Part shown: piece after piece, positions 12,701 to 22,510 of the stretch
How the letters are laid out: every line of letters begins with the position of its first letter
How positions within the stretch are numbered: the stretch's first letter is position 1
NCBI GenBank assembly: GCA_030141605.1
Contig: JAQGDQ010001032.1
Coordinates: forward strand, 1-64,000
DNA: 64,000 bases
Origin: Tubiluchus corallicola
Taxonomy: Eukaryota > Animalia > Priapulida
Direction: 5' to 3'
Position numbers and translations under genes: made by a program
Notes under the pieces: model-generated
Databases searched by the model: none
What the model was told of the DNA's origin: nothing
What the model saw: the letters and a program-made list of their open reading frames with translations, nothing else

Positions 12701-15700
12701 TTTTTCAAGAGCAAATTGTAGTGACATTTAAATCCAGTGTAGATGGCTCTTCCTGACAAAGATCTGGGCTTGTCAACAGAAAAAAAAACGACACAAAATG
12801 GCTGCTCCCACGAGCTACAATCGGAATTCGAAAATACAAGTTTTTTTTACAATTGCAGTACTAGTTTCTAGACAGAAAAGTGGGTAAGGAGTTATAAAAT
12901 TAGATTTTTAGTATTTTTGGACTTTTTCCTAATAATTTGATGCTTGAATATAAAAGTCCAATATATTTAGCATTTGTTTTCATAAAAAAAAATCGACATT
13001 TGACCAAATTTTTTGGTTCATTCTACTTTGAAGCATCATAACAAACTTTTAACTATGCCGACTTATGGACGATTTTGGTTCGCAAGTACACGAATTTGCA
13101 GTTTAAAAACCATTATAGTGATAGTATAAAAACTTGCACTAATAATTAACCGTATTAGAATATTAGGAATGCAATCCAAAACTTCATACACTTTCAGCTA
13201 CCTAAACGAATGTAGTTTACCAGCGAAACTGATACATCTGATTTTCGCTACGGTAGCGACTTTAACAAATAAAATAACGTGCATACGTAGTACCTCTTAA
13301 CAGCTTTACATGCCGCCTCTGAAAATCGTCTAACATCATCATAGTCTCTTGTTACGGGGCCTGTCGGAGAAAACACCTGAAACACATTAAATACCAAACT
13401 GCAAAAATGGCAATATGAACAACACCTGAAACACATTAAATACAAAACTGCAAAAATGGCAATATGAACAATAACACCTGAAACACATTGAATACCAAAC
13501 TGCAAAAATGGCAATATGAACAACACCTGAAACATATTGAATACAAAACTGCAAAAATGGCAATATGAACAACACCTGAAACACATTAAATACCAAACTG
13601 CAAAAATGGCAATATGAACAACACCTGAAACACATTAAATACCAAACTGCAAAAATGGCAATATGAACAACACCTGAAACACATTAAATACCAAACTGCA
13701 AAAATTGCAATATGAACAACACCTGAAACACATTAAATACCAAACTGCAAAAATGGCAATATGAACAACACCTGAAACACATTAAATACCAAACTGCAAA
13801 AATGGCAATATGAACAACAACACCTGAAACACATTAAATACCAAACTGCAAAAATGGCAATATGAACAACAACACCTGAAACACATTAAATACCAAACTG
13901 CAAAAATGGCAATATCAATAACACCTGAAACACATTAAATAGCAAACTGCAAAAATGGCAATATCAATAACACCTGAAACACATTAAATACCAAACTGCA
14001 AAAATGGCAATATGAACAACACCTAAGACACATTAAATACCAAACTGCAAAAATGGCAATATCAATAACACCTGAAACACATTAAATACCAAACTGCAAA
14101 AATGGCAATATGAACAACACCTAAAACACATTAAATACCAAACTGCAAAAATGGCAATATGAACAACACCTAAGACACATTAAATACCAAACTGCAAAAA
14201 TGGCAATATGAGCAATTGCGCTGTTAGAAGGACAGAGTTCTAAACGTAATTAAGAAATCAAATACAAAGGTAGCAAAGTTGTAACTGCAATATGCATAAC
14301 GACACATATTTATTGGAAAGTGCTGCCCTCTACGAGCAATGTGGAGAGGAAAAGACGGGAGGAAAACAATGATGGTTGCGTTTTTATTCACAGCAATGTT
14401 TTTTATCAATTTTGTGTTATAGTTAACAACAGCATTTAGTTATTATGAAATTTGTACCTTGAGAAACTTTAAATCTTGATGAAGAGCCAACGATGTAAGT
14501 TACATGAATTTAAATAATTTAATTAAGTTTACGAATTCGATCTGTGAAATTTGTAAAAGTACTTTGACCAATAGTTTGTCTTCTTATTTATTAAGGTCCT
14601 GTTTATCATTCTATTTATTTTTCTTACTTGTTAATGTTCTCTTTATTATTCTCTTTAGAAAAAACGACTTTGGAACGTGAATGAAATAGTGAAGGTTTTT
14701 CTGTACATAACATATTGGCAAGGTGGAACAAGTTCATGTAGACGAAGACGGGGTAGTGAGAAATGCTAAAATCATAAATCTTTACACAAATCTTTTCCTA
14801 TCAAACAAAAGGCAGCAGAGGTATTTTTTTGAAAGTCTGTAGAACAATGAAATGATAGAATGAAACGAAACAATGAAAGAACAATGAACAATGAAGCATA
14901 GCCAATTTTCAACTTGAAATAGAAGACAAACGTACAGTCCATAACCAATTGGAGAATTTCATTTAACATGAACTGATAGTGCTAAAGTTATGTCAACTTT
15001 AGTTGATGACAATTGAACAACAAACAACGACACGAATTTAGTAAGATATTACATACTAGAGCATGTTAAACATAATGTAGATCAAATGACTTGCGATAAG
15101 CTAATGCACTTAAATAATCACTTAGCTGATACGCTCAAGGCTGCTCTGATAGAGAACTGAAAAATTTACATGCCATTTTCCACTGTGCACTTCTACAGTA
15201 GGTATCTACTAGTAGACTAGACATGTATTAACTTGCCTTGGCAGCAGGCCAGGCCGAGAGCCACATGGCAGTCAACCACTTTTGCTATAGGAATGACTTA
15301 CAAAAAATAAATTATGGTTTCTTTGTGAAGAGGTTAATTATCTAAAGAAAACTGTCTAGCTGACTTATTGATAAACTAAAGTGGGCAATTAAGTAATTAA
15401 GAAGTCTGGCAGATAAAAACTTAGGTCAATTGTCTTGTGTAGCAAAACACTAAAATTCACAACTAAACAGCTCATGTGTTTAGGCTCTCAGAGTGTAATA
15501 ACTGACTACTTGACGTTAACGTAACAGTGCAGTTAGTTGAACTGCATCAGGTGTTACTTTTATTTGCAAATATAAATGATGTTAATTTCTTCACTGCTGC
15601 TGAATCTTAACGATCCGGTACTCAGGTACCAAATGGGTATCCGAGTCTGATTTTTGCTCCACTTGTAAACACCCTCTGCTACATTTCACTTATCTGATTT

Positions 15701-15944
15701 TTGCTCCCTTGTAAACACTCCCTGGTACATTTCAGTTATCTGAGCAAAATGAACTGCAATAGACTTGATAAGCCCAGAGAGTAAACAAGATTATACTTCT
15801 CAATTCTGATAGACTACAGTATTCTGGGACAATTTCTACCAAGGCCGGCTCTAAGTAGTTTAACGCTCTAGGTAAAAGTATTTTAGCGTCCCAGTTCGCC
15901 TAATGGAAGACCCAGCCCTGATGTCTACCCATAATCTAATATAC

Positions 15945-15987
<43 letters not shown>

Positions 15988-18155
15988 ATAATTATATATA
16001 TATACCCATATAATATACCCATATAATATAATATTATAAAATATAATATAAAATATATATACCCATATATATTATATTTACACACACACATATGTATATA
16101 TATATATACCAGTGCAAATAACACGAAAACAAACAGTAAATTCAACAGAGATTATAATTATTAAAAACTTACGAGTCGCTTTCCATAAAGTTCTTCAACT
16201 CTTAGCACAGTTACTTGATCAGTAACTGTCTTGTCTGTCTGCAAGAGTAAAAATAAAACTAAATGACTCAATTACACAAAACCTTAATTGCATACATTCT
16301 TAAGAATCTGTTGTGTTTTGTTTCTCTCGGAAGGCTCGTAGAGAAAACCAGAAAACACGTCGTTAAATATTATTACTTTATTGAGCGAGAATTCTTACAA
16401 CACAAGTATGAAGGAACGAGAAATGATTATACTAAACGTGAAAATCTGGAAAACGTTTAAGTAAGTATACAAGAATAAGTATAAGTCCGTGTTAGATCTG
16501 CGTGCGATCCCGTGTCGGCAGCCTGCTTCGCCTTATATAGCGCACTGCAGAAACTTCTCGAACAAATGTTCGAGAACAATCCAGACGCTAAGGCGCTCAT
16601 TCCAACGGAACATCTTACGATGTTCTGTGCATTTCTACTTGACGTCCGCGATCTCCACAACAGAATCTTGTTCGGCGAATAAGCCCAAATTATTGATTGA
16701 TTTCGAACAAGTCAGAAAGATGGAAATGTGTAAAAAATTCAGCATGAACCATGGATTTGCACTAGCAACAAAAAAGGCCTATACAATCTCATTCCAAATC
16801 AATATACGCAGCCCAAAAAACAATAGTATAAGGCAGAATAGTTGCAGTTAATATTAAATACATCTAGTATCAAATTAATTCTTTAGTTACACATTATGTT
16901 AATCATCATAGTTTCTGTCAAAGTGTAATTTTAATAAATAGAATAATGCTCAATATAATAGTTATTTATTAAACAGACCCATTAGAAAAGAGTAACAGAA
17001 TAATGCTCAATATAATAGTTATTTATTAAACAGACCCATTATAAAAGAGTAACAGAATAATGCTCAATATAATAGTTACTTATTAAGTAAATCCATTATA
17101 AGAGTAATAGAATAATGATCAATATAATAGTTATTTATTAAGTAAACCCATTAAAAAAGAATAATAGAATAATGCTCAATATAATAATTACTTATTAAGT
17201 AAACCCATTATAACAGAATAATGCTCAAAATAATAATTATTTATTAAACAGACCCATTATAAGAGAGTTTTAGAGTAATCCTCAATATAATAGTTATTCA
17301 TTAAACAGACCATTATAAAAGAGTAATAGAATAATGCTCAATATAATAGTTATTTATTAAGTAGACCCATTATAAAAGAGTAATAGAGTAATCCTCAATA
17401 TAATAGTTATTTATTAAGTAAACCCATTATAAAAGAGTAATAGAATAATGCTCAATATAATAATTATTTATTAAGTAAACCCATTATAAAAGAGTAATAG
17501 AATAATGCTCAATATAATAGTTATTTATTAAGTAAACCCATTATAAAAGAGTAATAGAATAATGCTCAATATAATAGTTATTTATTAAGTAAACCCATTA
17601 TAAAAGAATAATAGAATAATGCTCAATATAATAGTTATTTATTAAGTAAACCCATTATAAAAGAATAATAGAATAATGCTCAATATAATAGTTATTTATT
17701 AAGTAAACCCATTATAAAAGAATAATAGAATAATGCTCAATATAATAGTTATTTATTAAGTAAACCCATTATAAAAGAGTAATAGAATAATGCTCAATAT
17801 AATAGTTATTTATTAAGTAAACCCATTATAAAAGAATAATAGAATAATGCTCAATATAATAGTTATTAATTAAGTATACCCATTATACGAGAGTGTATCA
17901 TAAGTCACTGTACACTTTACATTTTCAATATTTTTTAACAAACAAAGCAAAACGTTTGCAAATTGCTAAACATAAACTAAAATCTTCTTCAGTAATCTTT
18001 AATAAGAAAAAACATACCTGAGCTGCAAACTTTACAGCAGTACCAAGAAAAGAGAGATCTGTGCCATCTAACTGTGTGCAGTCGTTGGTAACAAGAATAA
18101 CGCAGTCGTACGCCTTGCTTTTAACATCTGCACAAGTGTGAAGGTTATAGTCCAT
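691..18155 (-). CDS. M17 family leucyl aminopeptidase (putative aminopeptidase W07G4.4-like), spliced gene, 3' end beyond left edge
   Basis: Ten GT-AG exons with compatible phases: 18155-18018, 16238-16173, 13376-13294, 11677-11569, 10247-10129, 7924-7749, 6428-6343, 4920-4816, 3880-3602, 798-691 (423 aa in window). M17 motifs VGKGVTYDTGGADIK, MHRDKCG, NTDAEGR and TIATLTGH are present. Confidence 0.93.
878..1257 (-). mobile_element. tRNA-derived SINE family A (composite copy with a partly duplicated head)
   Basis: Reverse complement of the copy at 35595; A/B boxes and (TTA)n tail. Confidence 0.8.
1431..2445. repeat. 32-bp minisatellite, about 31 copies
   Basis: Unit GCTATGCAACAAGAAGCCATACTAGACAGGCC. 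Confidence 0.95.
2833..3059. repeat. 56-bp tandem repeat x4
   Basis: TATCTTGAAA starts at 2833, 2889, 2945, 3001. Confidence 0.9.
3240..3539. mobile_element. MITE with ~30-bp TIRs
   Basis: GTCAAAGGTTAGGTGTACCAC...CAACGCAT versus ATGCGTTGTCTGGTACACTTAACCTTTGAC. Confidence 0.65.
3602..3880 (-). CDS. aminopeptidase exon with NTDAEGR signature
   Basis: ttccag|ACA ... AGT|gtaatg, 93 codons; lies within ORF 3545..3931. Confidence 0.95.
4816..4920 (-). CDS. aminopeptidase exon (GVTYDTGGADIK...AGFFL)
   Basis: ttttag|GGT ... CTG|gtgcga; metal-ligand and catalytic Lys region. Confidence 0.93.
5077..6275. repeat. 72-bp minisatellite, about 16.5 copies
   Basis: Unit TTACAGCCCTACTACC...GTTCTCACA; begins in what looks like a MITE terminus (GTATCGTTACAGCCCTA). 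Confidence 0.95.
6343..6428 (-). CDS. aminopeptidase exon (ISRHAGRIIKLEY...LVGK)
   Basis: cttacag|GA ... AAG|gtaaaa, 86 nt. Confidence 0.92.
6800..7696. mobile_element. hAT-type MITE carrying an internal 33-bp minisatellite (6823-7448)
   Basis: CAGGGGCGGCTCTA ... TAGAGCCAGCCCCG termini; 8-bp TSD GTTACTGT/GTTACCGT. Confidence 0.8.
7749..7924 (-). CDS. aminopeptidase exon (VAARDIGGSDPERM...AAVNRAAR)
   Basis: tgtcag|G ... G|gtaatg, 176 nt; RDIGGSDPERM motif. Confidence 0.93.
8029..8592. mobile_element. Tc1/mariner (Tc2/pogo-like) MITE
   Basis: TIR CCGTATATACTCGCATATAAGCC; TA on both sides. Confidence 0.88.
8974..9400 (+). mobile_element. pogo/Tigger-like MITE family B, partial copy
   Basis: Similar to 52355-52840, 53756-54232 and 58748-59110. 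Confidence 0.7.
9449..9957. mobile_element. hAT MITE
   Basis: TIR CAGGGATGAGAAT/ATTCTCATCCCTG; perfect 8-bp TSD CATTACAT. Confidence 0.9.
10129..10247 (-). CDS. aminopeptidase exon (PLEVKESVP...ALESGR)
   Basis: gtttag|CCT ... AG|gtaaca, 119 nt. Confidence 0.9.
10385..10846 (+). mobile_element. Tigger/pogo-derived non-autonomous element with a transposase 5' remnant
   Basis: Ends TTCGTATCTCGAGGCATCACTG-TA; encodes KKKRMMSMETKLEIVK (psq-HTH-like start); related end at 11360-11487; left end degraded. Confidence 0.6.
11569..11677 (-). CDS. aminopeptidase exon (ALAMDCKN...GALHALYV)
   Basis: ttgcag|A ... GTG|gtgagt, 109 nt, phase 2 to 0. Confidence 0.88.
11719..12375. repeat. 33-bp G-rich minisatellite (about 18-19 copies), inverted copy of the 6823-7448 array, with a hAT-MITE end remnant
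   Basis: Unit GGGATTGACCGTTGAGGGGGGATCGTGGGGAAA; flank 12330-12375 matches the MITE family at 15840-15920. Confidence 0.9.
13294..13376 (-). CDS. aminopeptidase exon (VFSPTGPVTRDYDDVRRF...)
   Basis: tttcag|GTG ... AG|gtacta; RDYDDVR motif typical of this M17 subfamily. Confidence 0.9.
13372..14211. repeat. ~49-bp minisatellite (about 17 copies) containing the exon 13376 splice acceptor
   Basis: Unit AACACCTGAAACACATTAAATACCAAACTGCAAAAATGGCAATATGAAC. Confidence 0.95.
15840..15920. mobile_element. minimal ~80-bp hAT MITE, same family as 6800-7696
   Basis: CAAGGCCGGCTCT...ACCCAGCCCTG; TSD ATTTCTAC/ATGTCTAC. Confidence 0.6.
16173..16238 (-). CDS. aminopeptidase exon (TDKTVTDQ...YGKRL)
   Basis: ctcttgcag|ACA ... 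CTC|gtaagt, 66 nt, in frame. Confidence 0.8.
16309..16662 (-). mobile_element. solo LTR (BEL/Pao- or Gypsy-type) with HSEs, TATA box and polyA signal
   Basis: TGTTGTG...CACAACA termini; exact 5-bp TSD GAATC; TATATAA at 16533-16539 and AATAAA on the minus strand. Confidence 0.9.
16937..17890. repeat. 57-bp AT-rich minisatellite, about 17 copies
   Basis: Unit AATAGAATAATGCTCAATATAATAGTTATTTATTAAGTAAACCCATTATAAAAGAGT. Confidence 0.93.
18018..18155 (-). CDS. aminopeptidase coding exon 1 (MDYNLHTC...KFAAQ)
   Basis: Acceptor ttacag ending at 18162, accATGg context, donor CAG|gtatgt, 46 codons, phase 0. Confidence 0.8.
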
Positions 18156-18239
18156 GGTAGTCTGTAATTAAAATACAAAAATCATTGTCCATGAAGCACA
18201 AGTTCGCTCATAGTCTGCTGTAATACTATAATATACTTA

Positions 18240-18400
18240 TAATTCAACTCAATTCAATTTCATTTTCTCAATAGCAGTGAAAATTCGTCATAAGTATTTT
18301 TACATTTCATTGCAGCTGAGAAGGAGCAGCGAAAGACCTATTGGTCACTTGGTCAGCTGCCCCTACTTATAAGGAATAAGCTACTTGTGTTTTTCACTTG
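18240..18400 (-). mobile_element. LINE/SINE 3' tail ending in (AATTG)n; second copy at 56340-56490 (+)
   Basis: Shared GGGGCAGCTGACCAAGTGACCAATAGGTC...GAGAAAAT-(AATTG)n. Confidence 0.65.
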
Positions 18401-18502
18401 TGGATGCCTCAGCAGAGACAATAAAAGATTAGAATGTCAACAGTTACATTCAATACAGTATGAATGGAGTGTAACGTATACGTTATACTCTATAATAACT
18501 CT

Positions 18503-19061
18503 GTTGTTGGCATCCTTCTGTCTCGGAAGACAATGGAGTGTGCGCCAAGAGAGTCAGTTACTGATCACATTGATGGAGCTGCAGCGTCGACTGTGGCTGA
18601 GCAGTGCGATCCTTGAACCACTGGAGTGGCCTCTCCAGGGCGCACGCCTGGGCAAGGTGTATGGAGATCCTGAGTTGCCCAGACAACAGGAACCCCCTCT
18701 CTTCCTTCCTGGTGTAGTCCAAAGGAAAGCGGAGCGATATGTTTGGCACCAGGTTGGCTGCAGGAGCTGCCGGAGTCAGTGAGCATGCTAGACTGGTCCG
18801 CCTTAATGGCTCCACTCCTGATTTGGAAGGTTTACTCCTCTACACATGGCCGTTGGGTCACTTGACCTCCTCCGCCCTCTAGCCGTTGGCTGCTTGTGCA
18901 GCTCCTCCACCTAGTGTCGAGATACAGTGTGGGCATCCCGCAAGCCTACAGCACCTGGTATTCCTAGGTGATCACCCATCCAAGTACTAACCAGGCTCTA
19001 CGTTGCTTAACTTCGGTGGTCAGACGAGAACCGGTGTTTTCAACGTGATTTGGCCGTAGTC
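18503..19061 (-). mobile_element. 5S rRNA-derived SINE (SINE3-type), copy A
   Basis: 120-nt 5S-like head at 19061-18942 without an oligo-T terminator; ~440-nt GC-rich body lacking TTTT; CAACAAC end; near-identical to 47897-48454. Confidence 0.85.
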
Positions 19062-19238
19062 ACAGAGAGTGCTATAGATACTATAGAAACTTGCTACAGT
19101 TGTGCAGCGTACGCCCCCTATGCCGTTTTATGGTTCTATTCCATTTTATGCAATACATTGTGGCAGTGATATAAAGTCCAATTACCTAATCTCATTCATT
19201 TCTTTGTTACATATTGTTAATATTTACTAAGAGCCTAA

Positions 19239-19662
19239 GATCAATCAATCAATCAATTTATTTCACTCCAGCAATACATATACAATACATCAACATACAA
19301 TATTATTGAAACAAAAAGAAACAGTATAGGTAAAAAAACGTTGATGAAGTCAAATTAACCAAATAAAAAAGTTGCTGTATGACACCTTGAAAGCTTGGCT
19401 TGCTAAGGTGGCAGAAATGAGTGAATAAAAGAATGGTTAGGGTCAGTAGACATGCTGGAATGGAAAAAAATAGTAAGAATAGAGATAGGAAGAAGGAAGG
19501 GAGTAGAAGAAACGACCACAGGGTATGTTTAATTTACATAGAGCTGTATTAAAACAGCATTATAATTGATTGGAGGCCATATATTGCGACTGCAGGAGAC
19601 ATGGAAGCATTGAACTTGTATTATAAGTATGAATCAAAAATCGTCCTTTTCAAGTACTTTTT
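19239..19662 (-). mobile_element. LINE (CR1/L2-group) 3' end with (ATTG)n tail
   Basis: Shared with 47306-47727 and 43615-43800. Confidence 0.75.
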
Positions 19663-19771
19663 CACCTGGTATTTCTAGGTGGTCACCCATCCAAGTACTA
19701 ACCAGGCTCTACATTGCTTAACTTCGGTGGTCAGACGAGAACTGGTGTTTTCAACGTGATATAGCCGTAGT
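19663..19771 (-). pseudogene. 3'-truncated 5S rRNA copy fused to a LINE 3' fragment
   Basis: ACTACGGCTATATCACGTTGAAAACACC...GGATGGGTGACC...ACCAGGTG followed directly by AAAAAGTACTTG. Confidence 0.8.
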
Positions 19772-20741
19772 ATAACTTTATACTATAATATACAGTATAA
19801 AGTTTGATGGCCTAACGTCTTCACATGACAGCTCTTCACACAGTGACATTATAAGAAAACGAATTTATTGACACGACTGATAGCTGCATAAACCAAATTA
19901 ATGTGCGACAATTAATTCCAGCAGTATGCTATATTTGAAAGCAACAGCTAGCAACACTATGCATGATGAGTCAAAAGAATCTTTAAACAGTGGTCACAAC
20001 ACACCACATGCAGTTACTAAGCCAATTTTCTATGCATGTTAGCCCATATAACAACGCATGTATTTTATTGGCCAACAAAATTATAATAACATAATAAATT
20101 GCAGCATAAATAAAACTTGTTAGTCCATGTTCTAAGCCAGGTACAGGCAAGACCTGTACAAACCAGTATACTGCGTTTGTTATTATAAAAATATACAGTT
20201 TACAAAGATACAGATGTTAGTAAAACAGGTAATGCGATATTAGTAAAGTAACATATCTACAGACATTTATAATAACCACACATTGTAGTTCCCTTGTAAT
20301 TATATTACATTATACAGTGTTGTAAGGTGCTATAATAGATATCTTAAAACATAATCTTTAAATGAGTTTATATATGTATATGTATGTATATATCTGTCTG
20401 TGTGTGTGTGTCTGTGTGTGTGCTTGTGTATATATATCTATACATACGTATATATAAATATATGTATATAGCAAATTAACAATAATATTACGTAATAGTG
20501 ATGCTAATACACCACAAGTGATTATATATTGGGTTCATATATATAACGATTAATCCGAAATAGATATGTGTGGGATTGAACTATCAGTTGAGGGAATTGT
20601 AATGTTTTGATACGCCTCCCCGGCGGGAAGCTTCTGAAGATGGGACGTTAAAAATGGTTTTGCCTAGGACACTAAACTAGAGCCGGCCCTGAGTGCAAAC
20701 ACTGCAAACATTGATGTACTGCGATTTTGAACCTTTGATCT

Positions 20742-21084
20742 TGTTGTGTTTTGTTCCGCTCGGAAGGCTCGTAGAGAAAACCAGAAAACACTTCATCAAA
20801 TTAAACTAGTTTATTAAGAGAGAATTCTACAACACAAAAGTATGAAGGAACGCGAAATGTTTACAGTAAACGAGAAAATCTGGAAAACGTTTGAGTGTAT
20901 CTGAAAATACAAGTATACAAGAGAATGTGTAAATGGCATCCGGCCTGCTTCGCCTTACATAGCGTGCCAGAGAAGCTTCTAGAAGTTTTGTTCCAGAACA
21001 TTCTACACGGTAAGACAATTATTCTAACGGAACGTTCTACAATGTTCTATGTAATTCTAATAGATGCCAGCGATCTCCACAACA
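20742..21084 (-). mobile_element. solo LTR, same family as 16309-16662
   Basis: TGTTGTG...CACAACA; exact 5-bp TSD GATCT; HSE arrays at 20972-21003. Confidence 0.9.
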
Positions 21085-21353
21085 GATCTGCATTTGGTTT
21101 AAATAAAAGAACTGCCAAACCATGCTCTTCCTGGAAATAAACAGCACTAGACTTTTTGCAGCAACAACGGTATGTTTTGCTTCAAGGAACCACAGCGTGA
21201 ACATTGCTAGTGTCACTAGTACTACAAGCATAACGGCATAAATAATAAGCAATACTTTCATAAATTTCTAAAGATTTGTGACAGCCATCCTTCAAATTAT
21301 TTTAAAACAATCAAGACTATTCAGGTAATTAAACTGTAATGTGTATTTTTTAC

Positions 21354-21387
21354 CTGCTATAAATTTTTTTCACAATTGGTGTGCAAC
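21354..21387 (-). other. possible 34-nt 5'UTR exon of the aminopeptidase gene
   Basis: actacag|gttgcac...tagcag|gtaaaa; lies between the putative promoter and the ATG exon; no coding signal. Confidence 0.3.
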
Positions 21388-21742
21388 CTGTAGTTTTACA
21401 AATAGACAAATAGAAATACGTACAGTGCACAATGCGACAAAAAATTCTGCTGGATTCATTAAATTACCGGATATCGGGGATCCAGATCTGGTTCGTCCCT
21501 ATAGAGCATACCCTAGTCACCTACAGCCTGTAACAGTTTTCCTGGGAATAAATCATCCAGCTGTCATTCAACTAAAAGGGTTGCTTCTGTTTTTTCAAAA
21601 TTCACTTAGTGCAGTTTGAAAAAACAAACTAAAAACAATTAAGGACGCACACGAACATGAACAACATTGGACTGAATGCTCATTACTCCTGGCAAAACAG
21701 AAGGAATATTCAGGACTATTGTCGTAAGGTTATCGTATAGGC

Positions 21743-22224
21743 CGGGGGTGTGCAAATTGCGGCCCGCTGAGAGATTTTGTGCGGCCCGCGAAGAGATTTA
21801 TCAACCTAATGAAAGTGCGGCCCGGGCGATTAACTGAGTGTATCCAGCTGAAGTCCGGGCCACGATCCCAAAGATAGTACGGTTAGTTTTTTCTACTAGA
21901 TCGGATGCCATTAACCCTTACAAGACGGTTGTAGCTTAATGTCACTGTACTACACAGACTGTGTGATACACATTACTAATATGCATTGTAATGAAATTAC
22001 CACTATCTGTCGTGAAAGTAGAAATATATGGTTTGTAATATAATTTTAATAACTTCTAAAATAGTTTCTTGAGCATAGTAGTAACGATGTACGCAGGTCG
22101 GATGCAAAAAAAATCGTTATTAGGCCCTACTGTACTTGGTTCCTTGATCAAGCTGCCTGTGGCCCACAGGAATTGCGGGAAAGTTTAATGTGGCCCGGCT
22201 AGTCAGATAATTTGCACACCCCTG
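21743..22224. mobile_element. hAT (Charlie-like) MITE
   Basis: TIR C.GGGGTGTGCAAATT/AATTTGCACACCCCTG; perfect 8-bp TSD GTATAGGC; internal GCGGCCC repeats. Confidence 0.92.
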
Positions 22225-22419
22225 GTATAGGCGCTATTACACTTTTGCACCTCCTACTCTTTCTAGGTTATTACTCGTTTCTAGGCTCGTAGGTCATTAT
22301 TCTATTATTCTCACGTCATCAGTGAATGTTTCCGCTAATCTCGTGGTAATTTAATCATATATTTAGGTATAATTACCAATAATTACGTTGTATTCACAGT
22401 TCTACACCTATACAGTTCG

Positions 22420-22510
22420 TATCGCCATCTTGTTTGTGTGTGTAGTCACGTGACGAATTTCGTACTAGTTTATGCATTATCAGGGCCTAGCTTAAAAGGC
22501 ACGTGACACA
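22420..22510 (-). promoter_or_regulatory. putative aminopeptidase promoter/TSS region: YY1-type CAAGATGGCG plus two CACGTG E-boxes
   Basis: CAAGATGGCG on the minus strand at 22423-22432; GTCACGTGAC at 22445-22454 and GGCACGTGAC at 22498-22507 just upstream. Confidence 0.5.

Noticed and set aside
14222-15060. Possible additional solo LTR
   Set aside because: Begins with TGTTAG but I found no matching terminus or TSD.
18387-18815. ORFs in the GC-rich block (also 48093-48403)
   Set aside because: Lie in the 5S-SINE body, differ between the two copies, and show no protein motif.
18942-19061. Functional 5S rRNA genes (also 47897-48016 and 19663-19771)
   Set aside because: No oligo-T terminator, substitutions between copies, and fixed fusion to a SINE body or LINE tail.
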